A stretch of 63,897 nt of DNA, filler included, from Nemertoderma westbladi (taxonomy: Eukaryota; Animalia; Xenacoelomorpha), in the NCBI GenBank assembly GCA_032718475.1. It is 3 parts of 3 records of this genome, joined end to end, with 100 filler letters (N's around TTAATTAATTAA, not from the genome) between each part and the next. Parts side by side here need not be neighbours in the genome. Positions count along the whole stretch, not along the records: positions 17,537 to 40,008 come from JAUCBJ010003585.1; positions 40,109 to 63,897 come from JAUCBJ010002808.1; 1 more part is not named here. The stretch is one strand, 5' to 3'. Under the pieces are notes generated by a model. The model was not told the origin of the DNA. It did no database searches and worked only from the letters and a program-made list of their open reading frames with translations. The translations under genes and the position numbers were made by a program. Below, in pieces: positions 36,049-51,592 of the stretch (its first letter is position 1; every line of letters begins with the position of its first letter).

Positions 36049-37644
36049 ATTAAATGCCATGTAATAATAGTGATTTTTATTTAAAAATAAATCAAAGTAA
36101 ATGTATATATTGTGTTAATTAGTCAGAAATCAAGTGAAATCTATCTTGAATTCACCCTAAAGGTTACCTGGCTACAAATTGTTATCATTGTTACCAATCC
36201 AAACTAACCTTGCAGTAACCTTTTAGGCCTTTTCTGTGTTTCGTTTCGTTAAGCAGCTGAGATATTGGCAAAGAATACCGGAATTATTGTTCACTTGAGG
36301 CTATTTAGTATTTATTCTAGTTTAGCGGTGATCTACAAAAAATGTCTGAATTAACATTTGAAAACAAAATACTTTCACTTCCTACTTTATGTCCGGCCGA
36401 TTCAATAGCAAAGCTAGTGCAGGACTGGGCATTGCACCATTTTTTATTACTAATTTTAGTCATAGAAATTATTATCATTTATAATTATTCTTAGTCGCTA
36501 AATAGCGATATTTGCTATAAAAGTTGTTTTTTTATTAATTTTTAGCGCCATAAAGTAAATTTTCATATAAAAACATTTTTTATGTTTTATTTTTCTACGG
36601 AAAGAGTGTAAATATTATTCCATGAAAAAAATGAAACCAGATCTTCATATAAATATTAATAAATACGACGGAACTGAAGTGAAAATATTTATCTTATGAT
36701 TTTAATTTACGTTTCTGATATTCTTGTGAGCATTATCTGTTACTCAGGTGGTTAACCAACCAGGGTAGGGAGGGGGGGGGGGGGGGGGGGGGGATTTTAG
36801 AAATAAATATAAATCATTAATAAAGAAATATAAATAATAAATTTTTTAAAATAATTATTGTGGAGTGATTTAATATTCAACAGTAAACCTGTGCTATTGA
36901 CTTTTGTTTATTATTTTGGTTAGAATAACCTTGCCATTCTAACCTGCTCCTTTCCCTTATTGATTAATGATATTAATTCGCCGAAATGCGATTTGCAGCC
37001 CCTCTGCCTCTGTGTTATCCCGATCGCTTAACACTAGACTAGTATCGTAGCAACCGTTATAACATTGTGCTAAACATCCGTTATTTACACAAACTTTGTA
37101 ACATTATTGGTTTCTCTAACTCGTTCTACTAACTCCATACATTTTCCATTGTCATTTATTTCCTCGTTATGTTTTTTTACCTTATATTTTCTCTCTCTGT
37201 CAATATTACATCATTGGTATTTGAACTATGGTGGATATTAAGATTGGTTGTATTATTATGTATCTCACTATGTACATATTATTAATATAGTAATTAATTA
37301 ACTGATTAGTTATAGTTTTTATTACATTTTATCGAAAGTAGTTAGTTGTTAGTAAAGATACATCCATTATAATATATTTCGTTTTGGTATAAAAAAGTGT
37401 TTCTATCGTCTTATTTTGATCACAAACTGCTTCCTAAGCCCAAACCATAATCAAACTACCTTGAACCTTTATCATTAATCGTGGTTAGTTAATAAGTTTC
37501 GACTTTCAAACAAAACACGCGGATATTGCTATATGAAGTATTGTATACGTTGCCATAACTCTAATACAATATAAAAGCTCTTAATAACAGCAAATCATAA
37601 ACAGTTTATATTACAGTACATGGAGTAAGGCCGCAGTTAGCAAT

Positions 37645-37860
37645 TGTTGTCAAGTTTCCATCAACAATATTTAAAAGTCCTGTATTCGGTCTTGGTATCA
37701 TTTACATCCTTAGCAGCCCTCCCCACTTTATTTAGTAGAAACTGTGCTGTGCATCTTTTATTTAGCGTATTCGAGAGCAGGGCGATGTCATCCGCAAAGT
37801 CGCTGTCTGTGACTAGTTGCCGGATATACTCCGTTCTTGTAGTGTGAATCACAGATCTTC
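37645..37860 (-). mobile_element. RTE-clade LINE RT fragment
   Basis: VTDSDFADDIALLSNTL; nucleotide-similar to 46700-46920. Confidence 0.8.
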
Positions 37861-40008
37861 ATCCCATAAATATTAAAAATAGTCACATTTAAATATATTA
37901 AATATAAAATTCATAAAATTATAATTTAAGAGGGCAAGACATGAAAAGTTGCTATCCAATATAGAATAGGCCTACCTCTAACCTACTAGGGGGGAGGCCA
38001 AGACGCCTTTAATACAGGCCATGCAGCCGAGATTTGTGCGAAATTAGCGTAGGCTGAAACTTTTACAATAGGCAATAGGCCTTTACTGTAATTCAAAGCT
38101 TATTATGGGTAGTCAGACAATGTTTGTATCTTATTAGTTGAAATATACTTTAGTAAACTATATTTTGTAATTTATTATCTTTGTACTAATATTTAGACAT
38201 TTCAAATGGTTCGAAATGAAATAAATAAAATTATATTTAATTACTATAATTAGCAATTAATACGACAAGGCGCGGCATTATTATATATAGTGACATGGGA
38301 TGCCAAGTGGTGGTTCTAGCGACACGATGGTAGTGTAAGTTTAATGGTGGAGTTACATGATTGATTGATTACTTTATATTATTATTACCGGTCCGGTAGG
38401 TACTTTATATTCTCACTTTATCTTATCTATCAGGAACTTTATGTTATTACTATATATACTATTTATATTTATTATTATTATATATTACGATTGCCTATCC
38501 AATATTCCCCACCACAAAGTGAAAAACACAACAATGGCCTTGAAACTATTTCTTCATTAATTAAATAATTAAGTAATAATCCTGTAAATTAATCTTAAAC
38601 CAGAAAATTAAACGTGTGAATCCCCTGCAGAGAATTGTCTCAGTTTTAAAAAGTTGCATTATCAGATAAGTTAAAAGCACCGTCAACCTCATTCAAGCAT
38701 CCGATATCAAATTTATACATTTCAAACGGAAAGTTTCCAAATTTAAAAACAAAGGATGGCCACCCGAACAAATAAGGGATCATAATGGGTAAGAGATAAG
38801 TCGCCAGTTTCTTTGGACGATCTACCCGGAATAAACAGATAATTAAACCCATTCTTCGGAGCATTAAGAATTGAAACTTGTAGAAACCTTTATTAGTGTG
38901 CTGGTAATTGTTAAGATGGTTAAGATAGTTTTTGGTTATTTATGTACGGTATGCAAACTTTTTTCCAACCCAAAATACGATGTGAAATTAATCACCATCG
39001 CGAGTAACCATGTCCATTGTTCAGTTGTTATACCACATCGACAATAGAGGGTGTGGCGAGGCAGGCGTATGGAGAGGGGATGCCCAGGCCGTTAAAGGAC
39101 GCCTTGGGGGAGGCCCATGTGGCTACAGTTAGTGCCACCCGCTAAATAAAAAGAGTTAACGAAACATCTGGCTTCCCATCTCAACATTGTCCATCAAATT
39201 CAGGCACCGAATCGATACGAGACAAAAACAAATCTTCCCTTAGTTGGATGACAGCCAACTTCTTCCGTTCTACTTGTACTCATATCAGATTCATCTTCTA
39301 GGCTTATTTCAATCAACCTCGATCATTAATTTCGTAGTACAAGATAGACAACACCTTTAGGTGCCGATGAGTTATTATTTTATCGAGATTTACTGTAAAT
39401 CTATTGGGGGGCTCAACTGAGTGCATCAATGTGATAAAGCTACAGAATTTAGCTGATAAAAATCACAATTGACAAACTACAGTAGGTTAGGTTCATTATC
39501 TTTAGGTCCATACCTCAATAATTTGTCGTGGGTGCATATAAAGTTACCTCGCGGAGAGCCCCGAAAGTAGATTTTTGATGAGAATCTCCTTCGCTTCCTA
39601 TATTTTGTCTGTTTTTTCTCCAATTTCCTTCAACAATTTTTATTTTTTTGCCTCATTACATTTTTTGAATAGATATTGGAACTGTGTGACAACCCCGAGT
39701 GGCATATTTCAGTGGTACACGAGTCTTTGTGATATTTAGATACATCGTCAACAGAATGACATAGACGACAAATTAATTATTTGCCGATGTCGCAGTTATG
39801 ATGTTTATTGAAACAGACACTTGTGCGCAGATCGCTTCGTAAGATCCACCAACAACTCCGTGTTTATCCAGGTCTGCTTCTCTTGCCGCAAAACCATAAC
39901 TTCGGTAGTGAAAATCACATGGAGCTGGAGCTTGTCCATTGTTGTGTAAAATGCTAAGTCAGAGTGATTTGAGTAAATAGCCAGCCCTGAGTCTATGCTG
40001 ACTGACAT

Positions 40009-40108
40009 NNNNNNNNNNNNNNNNNNNNNNNNNNNNNNNNNNNNNNNNNNNNTTAATTAATTAANNNNNNNNNNNNNNNNNNNNNNNNNNNNNNNNNNNN
40101 NNNNNNNN
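40009..40108. other. Artificial contig spacer
   Basis: Same 100-bp N44-TTAATTAATTAA-N44 linker. Confidence 0.97.
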
Positions 40109-43100
40109 ACCGTAGTATTGCATCTCCCAGCAACCCGCTACGGTCTCCCATACGATGTACCGTAGTATTGCATCTCCCAGCAACCCACTACGGTCTCCAT
40201 ACGATGTACCGTAGTATTGCATCTCCCAGCAACCCGCTACGGTCTCCATACGATGTACCGTAGTATTGCATCTCCCAGCAACCCACTACGGTCTCCCATA
40301 CGATGTACCGTAGTATTGCATCTCCCAGCAACCCACTACGGTCTCCCATACGATGTACCGTAGTATTGCATCTCCCAGCAACCCGCTACGGTCTCCCATA
40401 CGATGTACCGTAGTATTGCATCTCCCAGCAACCCGCTACGGTCTCCCATACGATGTACCGTAGTATTGCATCTCCCAGCAACCCGCTACGGTCTCCATAC
40501 GATGTACCGTAGTATTGCATCTCCCAGCAACCCGCTACGGTCTCCCATACGATGTACCGTAGTATTGCATCTCCCAGCAACCCACTACGGTCTCCCATAC
40601 GATGTACCGTAGTATTGCATCTCCCAGCAACCCACTACGGTCTCCATACGATGTACCGTAGTATTGCATCTCCCAGCAACCCGCTACGGTCTCCCATACG
40701 ATGTACCGTAGTATTGCATCTCCCAGCATCCCACTACGGTCTCCCATACGATGTACCGTAGTATTGCATCTCCCAGCAACCCACTACGGTCTCCATACAA
40801 TGTACCGTAGTATTGCATCTCCCAGCAACCCACTACGGTCACCATACAATGTACCGTAGTATTGCATCTCCCAGCAACCCACTACGGTCTCCCATACGAT
40901 GTACCGTTGTATTGCATCTCCCAGCAACCCACTACGGTCTCCCATACGATGTACCGTAGTATTGCATCTCCCAGCAACCCGCTACGGTCTCCCATACTAT
41001 GTATGTACCGTAGTATTGCATCTCCCAGCAACCCGCTACGGTCTCCCATACGATGTACCGTAGTATTGCATCTCCCAGCAACCCGCTACGGTCTCCCATA
41101 CTATGTACCGTAGTATTGCATCTCCCAGCATCCCCCTACGGTCTCCCATACGATGTACCGTAGTATTGCATCTCCCAGCAACCCACTACGGTCTCCATAC
41201 AATGTACCGTAGTATTGCATCTCCCAGCAACCCGCTACGGTCACCATACAATGTACCGTAGTATTGCATCTCCCAGCAACCCACTACGGTCTCCCATACG
41301 ATGTACCGTTGTATTGCATCTCCCAGCAACCCACTACGGTCTCCCATACGATGTACCGTAGTATTGCATCTCCCAGCAACCCACTACGGTCTCCCATACG
41401 ATGTACCGTAGTATTGCATCTCCCAGCAACCCGCTACGGTCTCCCATACGATGTACCGTAGTATTGCATCTCCCAGCAACCCGCTACGGTCTCCCATACG
41501 ATGTACCGTAGTATTGCATCTCCCAGCAACCCGCTACGGTCTCCATACGATGTACCGTAGTATTGCATCTCCCAGCAACCCGCTACGGTCTCCCATACGA
41601 TGTACCGTAGTATTGCATCTCCCAGCAACCCGCTACGGTCTCCCATACGATGTACCGTAGTATTGCATCTCCCAGCAACCCGCTACGGTCTCCATACGAT
41701 GTACCGTAGTATTGCATCTCCCAGCAACCCGCTACGGTCTCCCATACGATGTACCGTAGTATTGCATCTCCCAGCAACCCACTACGGTCTCCATACGATG
41801 TACCGTAGTATTGCATCTCCCAGCAACCCGCTACGGTCTCCCATACGATGTACCGTAGTATTGCATCTCCCAGCAACCCGCTACGGTCTCCATACGATGT
41901 ACCGTAGTATTGCATCTCCCAGCAACCCGCTACGGTCTCCCATACGATGTACCGTAGTATTGCATCTCCCAGCAACCCGCTACGGTCTCCCATACGATGT
42001 ACCGTAGTATTGCATCTCCCAGCAACCCGCTACGGTCTCCCATACGATGTACCGTAGTATTGCATCTCCCAGCAACCCGCTACGGTCTCCCATACGATGT
42101 ACCGTAGTATTGCATCTCCCAGCAACCCGCTACGGTCTCCATACGATGTACCGTAGTATTGCATCTCCCAGCAACCCGCTACGGTCTCCCATACGATGTA
42201 CCGTAGTATTGCATCTCCCAGCAACCCACTACGGTCTACATACGATGTACAGTAGTATTGCATCTCCCAGCAACCCACTACGGTCTCCATACGATGTACC
42301 GTAGTATTGCATCTCCCAGCAACCCGCTACGGTCTCCATACGATGTACCGTAGTATTGCATCTCCCAGCATCCCACTACGGTCTCCCATACGATGTACCG
42401 TAGTATTGCATCTCCCAGCAACCCACTACGGTCTACATACAATGTACCGTAGTATTGCATCTCCCAGCAACCCACTACGGTCACCATACAATGTACCGTA
42501 GTATTGCATCTCCCAGCAACCCACTACGGTCTCCCATACGATGTACCGTTGTATTGCATCTCCCAGCAACCCACTACGGTCTCCCATACGATGTACCGTA
42601 GTATTGCATCTCCCAGCAACCCGCTACGGTCTCCCATACTATGTATGTACCGTAGTATTGCATCTCCCAGCAACCCGCTACGGTCTCCCATACGATGTAC
42701 CGTAGTATTGCATCTCCCAGCAACCCGCTACGGTCTCCCATACTATGTACCGTAGTATTGCATCTCCCAGCATCCCCCTACGGTCTCCCATACGATGTAC
42801 CGTAGTATTGCATCTCCCAGCAACCCACTACGGTCTCCATACAATGTACCGTAGTATTGCATCTCCCAGCAACCCGCTACGGTCACCATACAATGTACCG
42901 TAGTATTGCATCTCCCAGCAACCCACTACGGTCTCCCATACGATGTACCGTTGTATTGCATCTCCCAGCAACCCACTACGGTCTCCCATACGATGTACCG
43001 TAGTATTGCATCTCCCAGCAACCCACTACGGTCTCCCATACGATGTACCGTAGTATTGCATCTCCCAGCAACCCGCTACGGTCTCCATACGATGTACCGT

Positions 43101-43803
43101 AGTATTGCATCTCCCAGCAACCCGCTACGGTCTCCCATACGATGTACCGTAGTATTGCATCTCCCAGCAACCCGCTACGGTCTCCCATACGATGTACCGT
43201 AGTATTGCATCTCCCAGCAACCCGCTACGGTCTCCCATACGATGTACCGTAGTATTGCATCTCCCAGCAACCCGCTACGGTCTCCCATACGATGTACCGT
43301 AGTATTGCATCTCCCAGCAACCCGCTACGGTCTCCATACGATGTACCGTAGTATTGCATCTCCCAGCAACCCGCTACGGTCTCCCATACGATGTACCGTA
43401 GTATTGCATCTCCCAGCAACCCACTACGGTCTCCCATACGATGTACCGTAGTATTGCATCTCCCAGCAACCCGCTACGGTCTCCCATACGATGTACCGTA
43501 GTATTGCATCTCCCAGCAACCCGCTACGGTCTCCCATACGATGTACCGTAGTATTGCATCTCCCAGCAACCCGCTACGGTCTCCCATACGATGTACCGTA
43601 GTATTGCATCTCCCAGCAACCCACTACGGTCTCCATACGATGTACCGTAGTATTGCATCTCCCAGCAACCCACTACGGTCTCCATACGATGTACCGTAGT
43701 ATTGCATCTCCCAGCAACCCGCTACGGTCTCCATACGATGTACCGTAGTATTGCATCTCCCAGCAACCCACTACGGTCTCCATACGATGTACCGTAGTAT
43801 TGC
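40109..43803. repeat. 49-50-bp minisatellite, ~74 copies
   Basis: Unit ACCGTAGTATTGCATCTCCCAGCAACCC[G/A]CTACGGTCTCCCATACGATGT. Variant blocks recur at a 1642-bp spacing. Confidence 0.96.
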
Positions 43804-45027
43804 CCTCCCTGGTTCGTATTCGCGTCATCGTATCCGGAAAACCGTCCACCGGTTGTCTCTTCTGATCCAAACGCCTATTTTTTTGAGGTTTTCACGTCTC
43901 GACGCGATAGGAATTTCTCAAAGATCTTTCTCGAAATGACGTGAAATTGCGGAAATTTTAGAAACTGTTGAGGTAAATAGCCGCCATTCGGTTCGGTTCG
44001 GTTTGGGTGCAGCTTGAGATAATGAATCACTTCGATTGTTATTCTAAATGTAGTGTGTATTCAGTGCCGCTTACTGTATACTGCCGCGGGTTGTGTACCG
44101 AACAAATATGACGATACTTTATATCACTCTATATAGTATACAACATTGAAAAATTCTCAAATTGATTGCATACAATCGGTTACAGGAAGTCTACGATGAA
44201 AAACACACGCAAAATACAATACAAAACTATAATACACGATCAACGGAATTCAGTGTAGAAAACGGTTGAAACAAAATAATAGAGATAGATGATCGGTTAG
44301 CAGAGACAGTTGGTGCGTTCCAGCGGTACAAATATAAAACGTTAAAATAATATGGAATATAAAGTATTTCATTTGTTAAGAAATAAAATATCAGAAATAA
44401 ACACCCTTTCTCACTGTTTTCAATTGACCGTAATTCAACCATTCTGTCATACAGTTTATAACACTAATTATAATGCTGCACCAACTACAATATCTCTCAC
44501 TATAGCGCTTTTTATATTAATTAATCGCTATTAATTAATAATATTTCCAGTAAATAACAGTAAATTCCAGTAAAAAATATGTTACGTTACGTATTATTTT
44601 GTCTTCATGTCACTTTACAACCTAAAATTACACCACCTATTGACTAATTTATTGTTTTGGTTCGAAAAGTAATACAACTCCGTATCCTGATCATTTCCCT
44701 CCATTGATTGATGTAAATTTTTGTGATGTTGTCATTGATGTGCCACAGGCTAAAAATGTGTAGTGCGCAGTTCATGTGCCACATGCTAAAAAATGTGCCG
44801 CTAAGCAGCAAATAAAATTAATCCACGTGGTAACACACAAAATTTACCCAAAAGTGTGTGTTTAGTGAGTCATGAGAATAAGTGACCGATGAACGTGAGT
44901 AACGAGGGCTGCCTTTCTCAATGTCAATTAGAAATAAATTGTCAGCATTATCTCACTCTATTACAGTTAGTTAACTAATAAAAGTGAAGACGTCTGTATG
45001 AAATTGTCATTTACGAATAATCACTTA

Positions 45028-45327
<300 letters not shown>

Positions 45328-45587
45328 TCAATTCTATGGTGTTTTTCCCTGTCTCCTTAATTCCTGGCAACATAAATAAAGTACCAGTATGTCCATGAGA
45401 CATAATTATTGACACAATTGATTTTAACACGCCCGGGTTAAATTAATATGCATTGTCATTTTTACCCGTTATTGTACCGGTAACTAATAACGAATTCACC
45501 GAATATATAACACAATTTATAACTAAAACTCTTTCCATTCATATGTATACCACTTTTTCTTGTTTGCCTCGCTATTAGCTATTATTA

Positions 45588-46622
<1,035 letters not shown>

Positions 46623-46629
46623 TTTTTGC

Positions 46630-48440
46630 TACTCTCTATCCATGATCCAAGGTACTGGAAGTCGTCAACCTTCCTTAGTTGATTATTATCAATGGTTGTC
46701 AAGCTTCCATCAACATTAAAAGTCATGAATTCGGTCTTGGTAGCATTTATATGCAGTCCAACCTCCTTAGCAGCCCTCTACACTTTATTTAGTAGAAGCT
46801 GTGCATCTGCTAGCGTATTAGAGAGCAGGGCGATGTCATCCGCGAATTCGGTGTCTGTGACAGTAGTTGCCGGATATCTACTACTTCTGCGTTCTTGAAG
46901 TGTGAATCCCAGATCTTCACCCTTTGTGGCTGTCCTCATTGCGTAATCCAGCACAATTACAAATAGTAATGGTGCTAATGTGTTACCTTGCAGTACCCCA
47001 GCCAGGATTGAGAAAAACTCAGTTTCACCATCTGGTGAGAGTACCTGCGCTTCTGTGTCACAATATAACAATCCAATGCTAGCAACAATTACTTCTGGTA
47101 TTCCATACGCTCTTAGGATTTCAAGCATTTTGCCTCTATGGATGGAGTACGAATGCCTTCTTGAAGTCCACAAAAGTCATTATTGTGGGGAGATTCTTTG
47201 ACTTAATTCCTTCAATCAGTCTCCGTAGTGCAAGTATCTGAGCTATTGTTGATCTACTTGGTCGAAATCCGTTTTGGCTCTTACGCAGTAGTTTCGCTAT
47301 GTGAGGCCTAATCCTATATAGAATCATTTTATTGTATATTTTGGCAGCTACCACAAGCAGACAGATCCTATGATAGTTTGTTGGTATGCCGAGGTCTCCT
47401 ATTTTGGGGAGAGGCTTTAGTTGACCTTTAGTCCAATTTGGTGGTGGCTTTTCCCCTGTTGCAAACATTCAATAATGGTCTGTTTAGCACTCCTGTTTTC
47501 CATATCTCCGCTGGGATTTCATCTAATCCACTCGCTTTATTATTGGACATGCTTTTAATGCTTCTTTGGAGTTCGGCAGGTGTGAAGTCCCCTGTTTCTA
47601 TAGGTAGTGTCTTGTCATATATTTTCCTTGTAGGGCTGACCTCGATGTTTGGTGGCTGCCCAAGCAAGTTGCTGAAGTGATTTTTCCACTTCCCCACACG
47701 TTCTTCATGACTATCGGCTTTGAGGCGTCCCTTTGCACAACTTTTCCGACCAGATACCTCATTCACAGTTTGCCAGGTAAGTCTTGATTGTTGCTGTATG
47801 TGAGCAGTTGTAATTGCTTCAATTTTATCCTGTATGTACTTTTCCTGGCTGATGTTGTAGGCCAATTTAAGATCATCCTTAGCTTTCTCAACCTTGTTAA
47901 TGTTTTCGGTTGTTGCTTGTTCGGTTTTTACTTTGTAGGCTATCTTAAGATCTTCTCTCTTACAAGTAACCTCAGAGTTTTGCCATGGCACATACTGTTT
48001 TCGTTTGGGATTCTGGGGGATATGCCTGATTCCTTATCTGATTCCTTGTGGGCTGTTATTATATTCTGGTATATTGAATCGGTGGACTGGTCTTCATCCA
48101 TTGACTGAAGTGCTTCGAAGCGATTTTGAACTTCTACTGTGTAAGCATCCTTTACTGCATTGTCAGTTCTGAGTTTTTCCCAGTCATACCGGTAGTTGAT
48201 TTGCTTGCTTGTCCTGGGTTTGATGGCTCTCAAACTGAGTCTTATCTCTGCAGTCACAATTCTGTGGTCCGAACCAATTAGGTTGAACGAGCTGTATGCC
48301 TCGCAGTTGATCATGCTGTTTCTCCACTTTTTGTTTATAAGGATGTAATCCAGTTGTGCTTTGGTTCCATTAGGGTATTGAAAGGTCCATAGCTTCCCCT
48401 TACTCTTTTCGAATGTGGTGTTTGTTGGTATCAACAACAA
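46630..48440 (-). mobile_element. RTE-clade LINE (endonuclease end plus RT), frameshifted
   Basis: QLDYILINKKWRNS, SDHRIV, KASGLDEIP, QNGFR, DFKKAF, GVLQGNTLAP, FADDIALL, FQYLGSWI. Confidence 0.92.
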
Positions 48441-48879
48441 ATTAACACATTAAACTATTAAAATACTTAAAATTTAATAAAATAAAATGATTTATGTTAG
48501 GGCCTAGTAGGCCTAATTTGTGTACATTTATTCTTAAAATAAGCAATGTTTAATAAAATAAGTATATTATGTATTGTAATGTAGGTTTATTGAATCACGT
48601 AATAAAACCACGTCACGTAAACAACATCACGTAAACAACATCACGTAATAGAGTTTTAAAGGGAGCTTTAAAGATGTTGCCTCAACTACATTCTGTTCTG
48701 ACATTGGCGGCTAATCCGTTCCAAGCTGCCAAGGCAAGGGTGAAGCTGAAGGAAGGGTTGATTACTCTAAAGAAAAAGCTATTTTGTATTATGTATTAAG
48801 CATGATGCCACATTTGGTTTAAATAACTTATACTTATGTTATTATTATTATTATATTTCACCTTTTATTAAATAAAATA

Positions 48880-49854
48880 CCGTAATTCGGGGTGACTTGA
48901 TACAGTTTTTGCCTTTAACTGTGGATATCTTCTGAAGTTTTTATCCTACACAGATGGAATAAAAAGAAAATTTTATAGTCGGGATGAGTACTACACCACT
49001 AGACTAAAGCACTATTTCAGGTGCTTAGTCTAGTGGTGTTATTTTCGTAAAAACCAGCTGTGTATCAAGTCACCCCACATAACGGGGTGACTTGATACAC
49101 AAGCAAATTTTCCGCAATAATACCACTCTGTGAATGAGTTTGGATCATGTTGTAGGCCGTGGGGGTGACTTGATACATCTTGGAAATTTTAAAAAAAGAA
49201 CGAAGTCCCCACCTAACGGGGATATAAAATTATGGCTAAAATTAAAAATAACTCCATTTTTTATGGCAAAATATTTCATATTTAACAAGTTAAATTGAAG
49301 TTTAAAAACGAAAAAGACTTTCATTGCATTGTGACATCCTGACACCAGTAAATAAGACAAAACATTTTAGAAAAAACTGCAAACTAAATCAATGAATTTA
49401 AGCACAAATTTTGCAAAATCAACGTTTAAGTCACAGTAGTCACAGGTATCAGAACATTTTCGCCTCCAATATACCGTATATATGTATCAAGTCACCCCAT
49501 TTTGAGACACATTTTTAGGATCATAATATTCAAACTCTTCTATTAGCATCTGTAAAAATAATTTTTGAACAAAATTAACCCAAAGTGTCAAAAATTCGAC
49601 CTATATTTTGACATTCAGACATTGAAAAAAAGTGAATTTTTGAACAATGCATTCTTGGTTCTAGTGATCACAAATGCGAAGCAATGACAAAATTTATTTT
49701 ACTATTTGATAGACAATTTATTCAGACATCTTCTAATATTTCAATTTTTATCATAACATCAAGCAATCACCCACAATCCGTTAAAGAAAAAAAGTATAAC
49801 TTGCTGTATCAAGTCACCTCAATGTATCAAGTCACCCGAAATACCGAATTACGG
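48880..49854. mobile_element. Tc1/mariner-pogo-type non-autonomous element
   Basis: TA|CCGTAATTCGG ... CCGAATTACGG|TA, with about 7 internal copies of GGTGACTTGATAC in both orientations. Confidence 0.8.
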
Positions 49855-50129
49855 TATTTAAAAACAAGGGAGAACATCATCAAGGTTTACAAAAACACTA
49901 ACTGATGACATTAAAATATAAAATAATATTAAAATATGATACATTAAAAAGAGATGGATGACAAACAAAATATACATACCGGTATTTCTAATCATAATTA
50001 TTAATACTGTATAAACTTATATAAAATATAACCGAATAAAGTAAAAATAAAATAAGGCAAGTGAACTGATATTAATCTAAATTTCAAACAAAAAGACAGA
50101 AAGACGATATTTTAAAATATCAATATCTT

Positions 50130-50320
50130 TTACGACTTTTAAAAACATGTATATTCAGATATTGGCTGATTGGGACTTTGGGAGTTAATTACTTCTACAG
50201 GTAATTCGTTCCATTCCACATATCTGTATATCGACTAGGCCTACGCGATTTGAAAATCTAAATCGATGTCCACGTGTTCAGTGTTCTACAATTGACAATC
50301 TTTCAGCCTTTCTGGAATTC
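50130..50320 (-). mobile_element. Old CR1-like LINE 3' remnant
   Basis: TRGHRFR ... WNELPVEVINSQ ... FKSR in broken frames. Confidence 0.5.
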
Positions 50321-50561
50321 ATAATGGAATTTCGATACCGGTATAATATGATATAACGCCATTTTCTCTATAGTGAGACGGAGACCACATACCGGTACCG
50401 TACCGGTAGTACCGTAGTTCACAATTTTTTCCCTTAGTTTACAGACTACAGGCACAGGACTACTGGACTAGGCCTACGGCAGTACGGTACTGCAGTACTG
50501 AAGTTAAGCTGATGCGTCTATAATCAGATAATTGTCTGGCTGATATTTATGTCCTTAGGCC

Positions 50562-51592
50562 GGGTCCGTCTAAAAGCCACATCGGACCCAATCGGTACCA
50601 CATCGGACCAAATCGGACCACATCGGACCACATCGGGGCCACATCGGACCACATCGGGGCCACATCGGAGCCACATCGGCCACAAATTAGCAATTTAGGA
50701 TGTAAATAACAAGTTCCAGCACCAACTGACCAAACTCGTATCAGTAATTCAGTAATTGTTAGTCTTTCTGACAACAGGTCAGGCTGGTAACCGGTACTGC
50801 ACTGCAGTAGGTACTAGATACTAGAATATCTAATGCAGAGACTATTGCCCCTACTTATACAGCAGTACAGTACAGTACTGGACAGCCGGACGCAAATCCC
50901 ATCTTGGCGAATTAATATCCCGCCTCAATGTTATATTCTCAATTTAGGGAAAGGAGCAGGTTGCAGTGGCACGTTATATTAACCAAAACAATAAACTAAA
51001 CACAATTATTATTTTTGATATTAATCATCTGTTATTTGCGTCGAATTTCCCCTGGAGAGGGAGGAATGTTTATTGCGTCCAGTCCCCCCCCCCCCCCCCC
51101 CCCGTTTCTAATTATTTCAAACAATGCATTGATAACGTTTTCTCTTTCAAACTTCTTGCCTTCTAGCGGCAGACTGGAGAACTGAAGATTGTCTCTAGTG
51201 CATGTGTTATATATCAGTATATAGTACAGTATAGTATAGTATAATTATACAAATACATTAACTGCCAAGCCCATTGTGTATACCTGAAGACGGGTACTGT
51301 ACTGTATAAGTAGGGGCAATAGTCTCTCAGTCTCTGCATTAGATATTCTAGTATCTAGTACCTACTGCAGTGCAGTACCGGTTACCAGCCTGACCTGTTG
51401 TCAGAAAGACTAACAATTACTGATACGAGTTTGGTCAGTTGGTGCTGGAACTTGTTATTTACATCCTAAATTGCCAATTTGTGGCCGATGTGGCTCCGAT
51501 GTGGCCCCGATGTGGTCCGATGTGGCCCCGATGTGGTCCGATTTGGTCCGATGTGGTACCGATTGGGTCCGATGTGGCTTTTAGACGGACCC
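50562..51592. mobile_element. Foldback/MULE-like element with ~300-bp TIRs
   Basis: 50562-~50873 is the reverse complement of ~51294-51592; termini GGGTCCGTCTAAAAG; subterminal CCACATCGG repeats. No clean TSD. Confidence 0.82.

Noticed and set aside
38640-40008. Possible degenerate ORF or retroelement, or MAPKAPK2 downstream exon (YSNH)
   Set aside because: No LCGYPPF context, many stops, and it lies on another contig.
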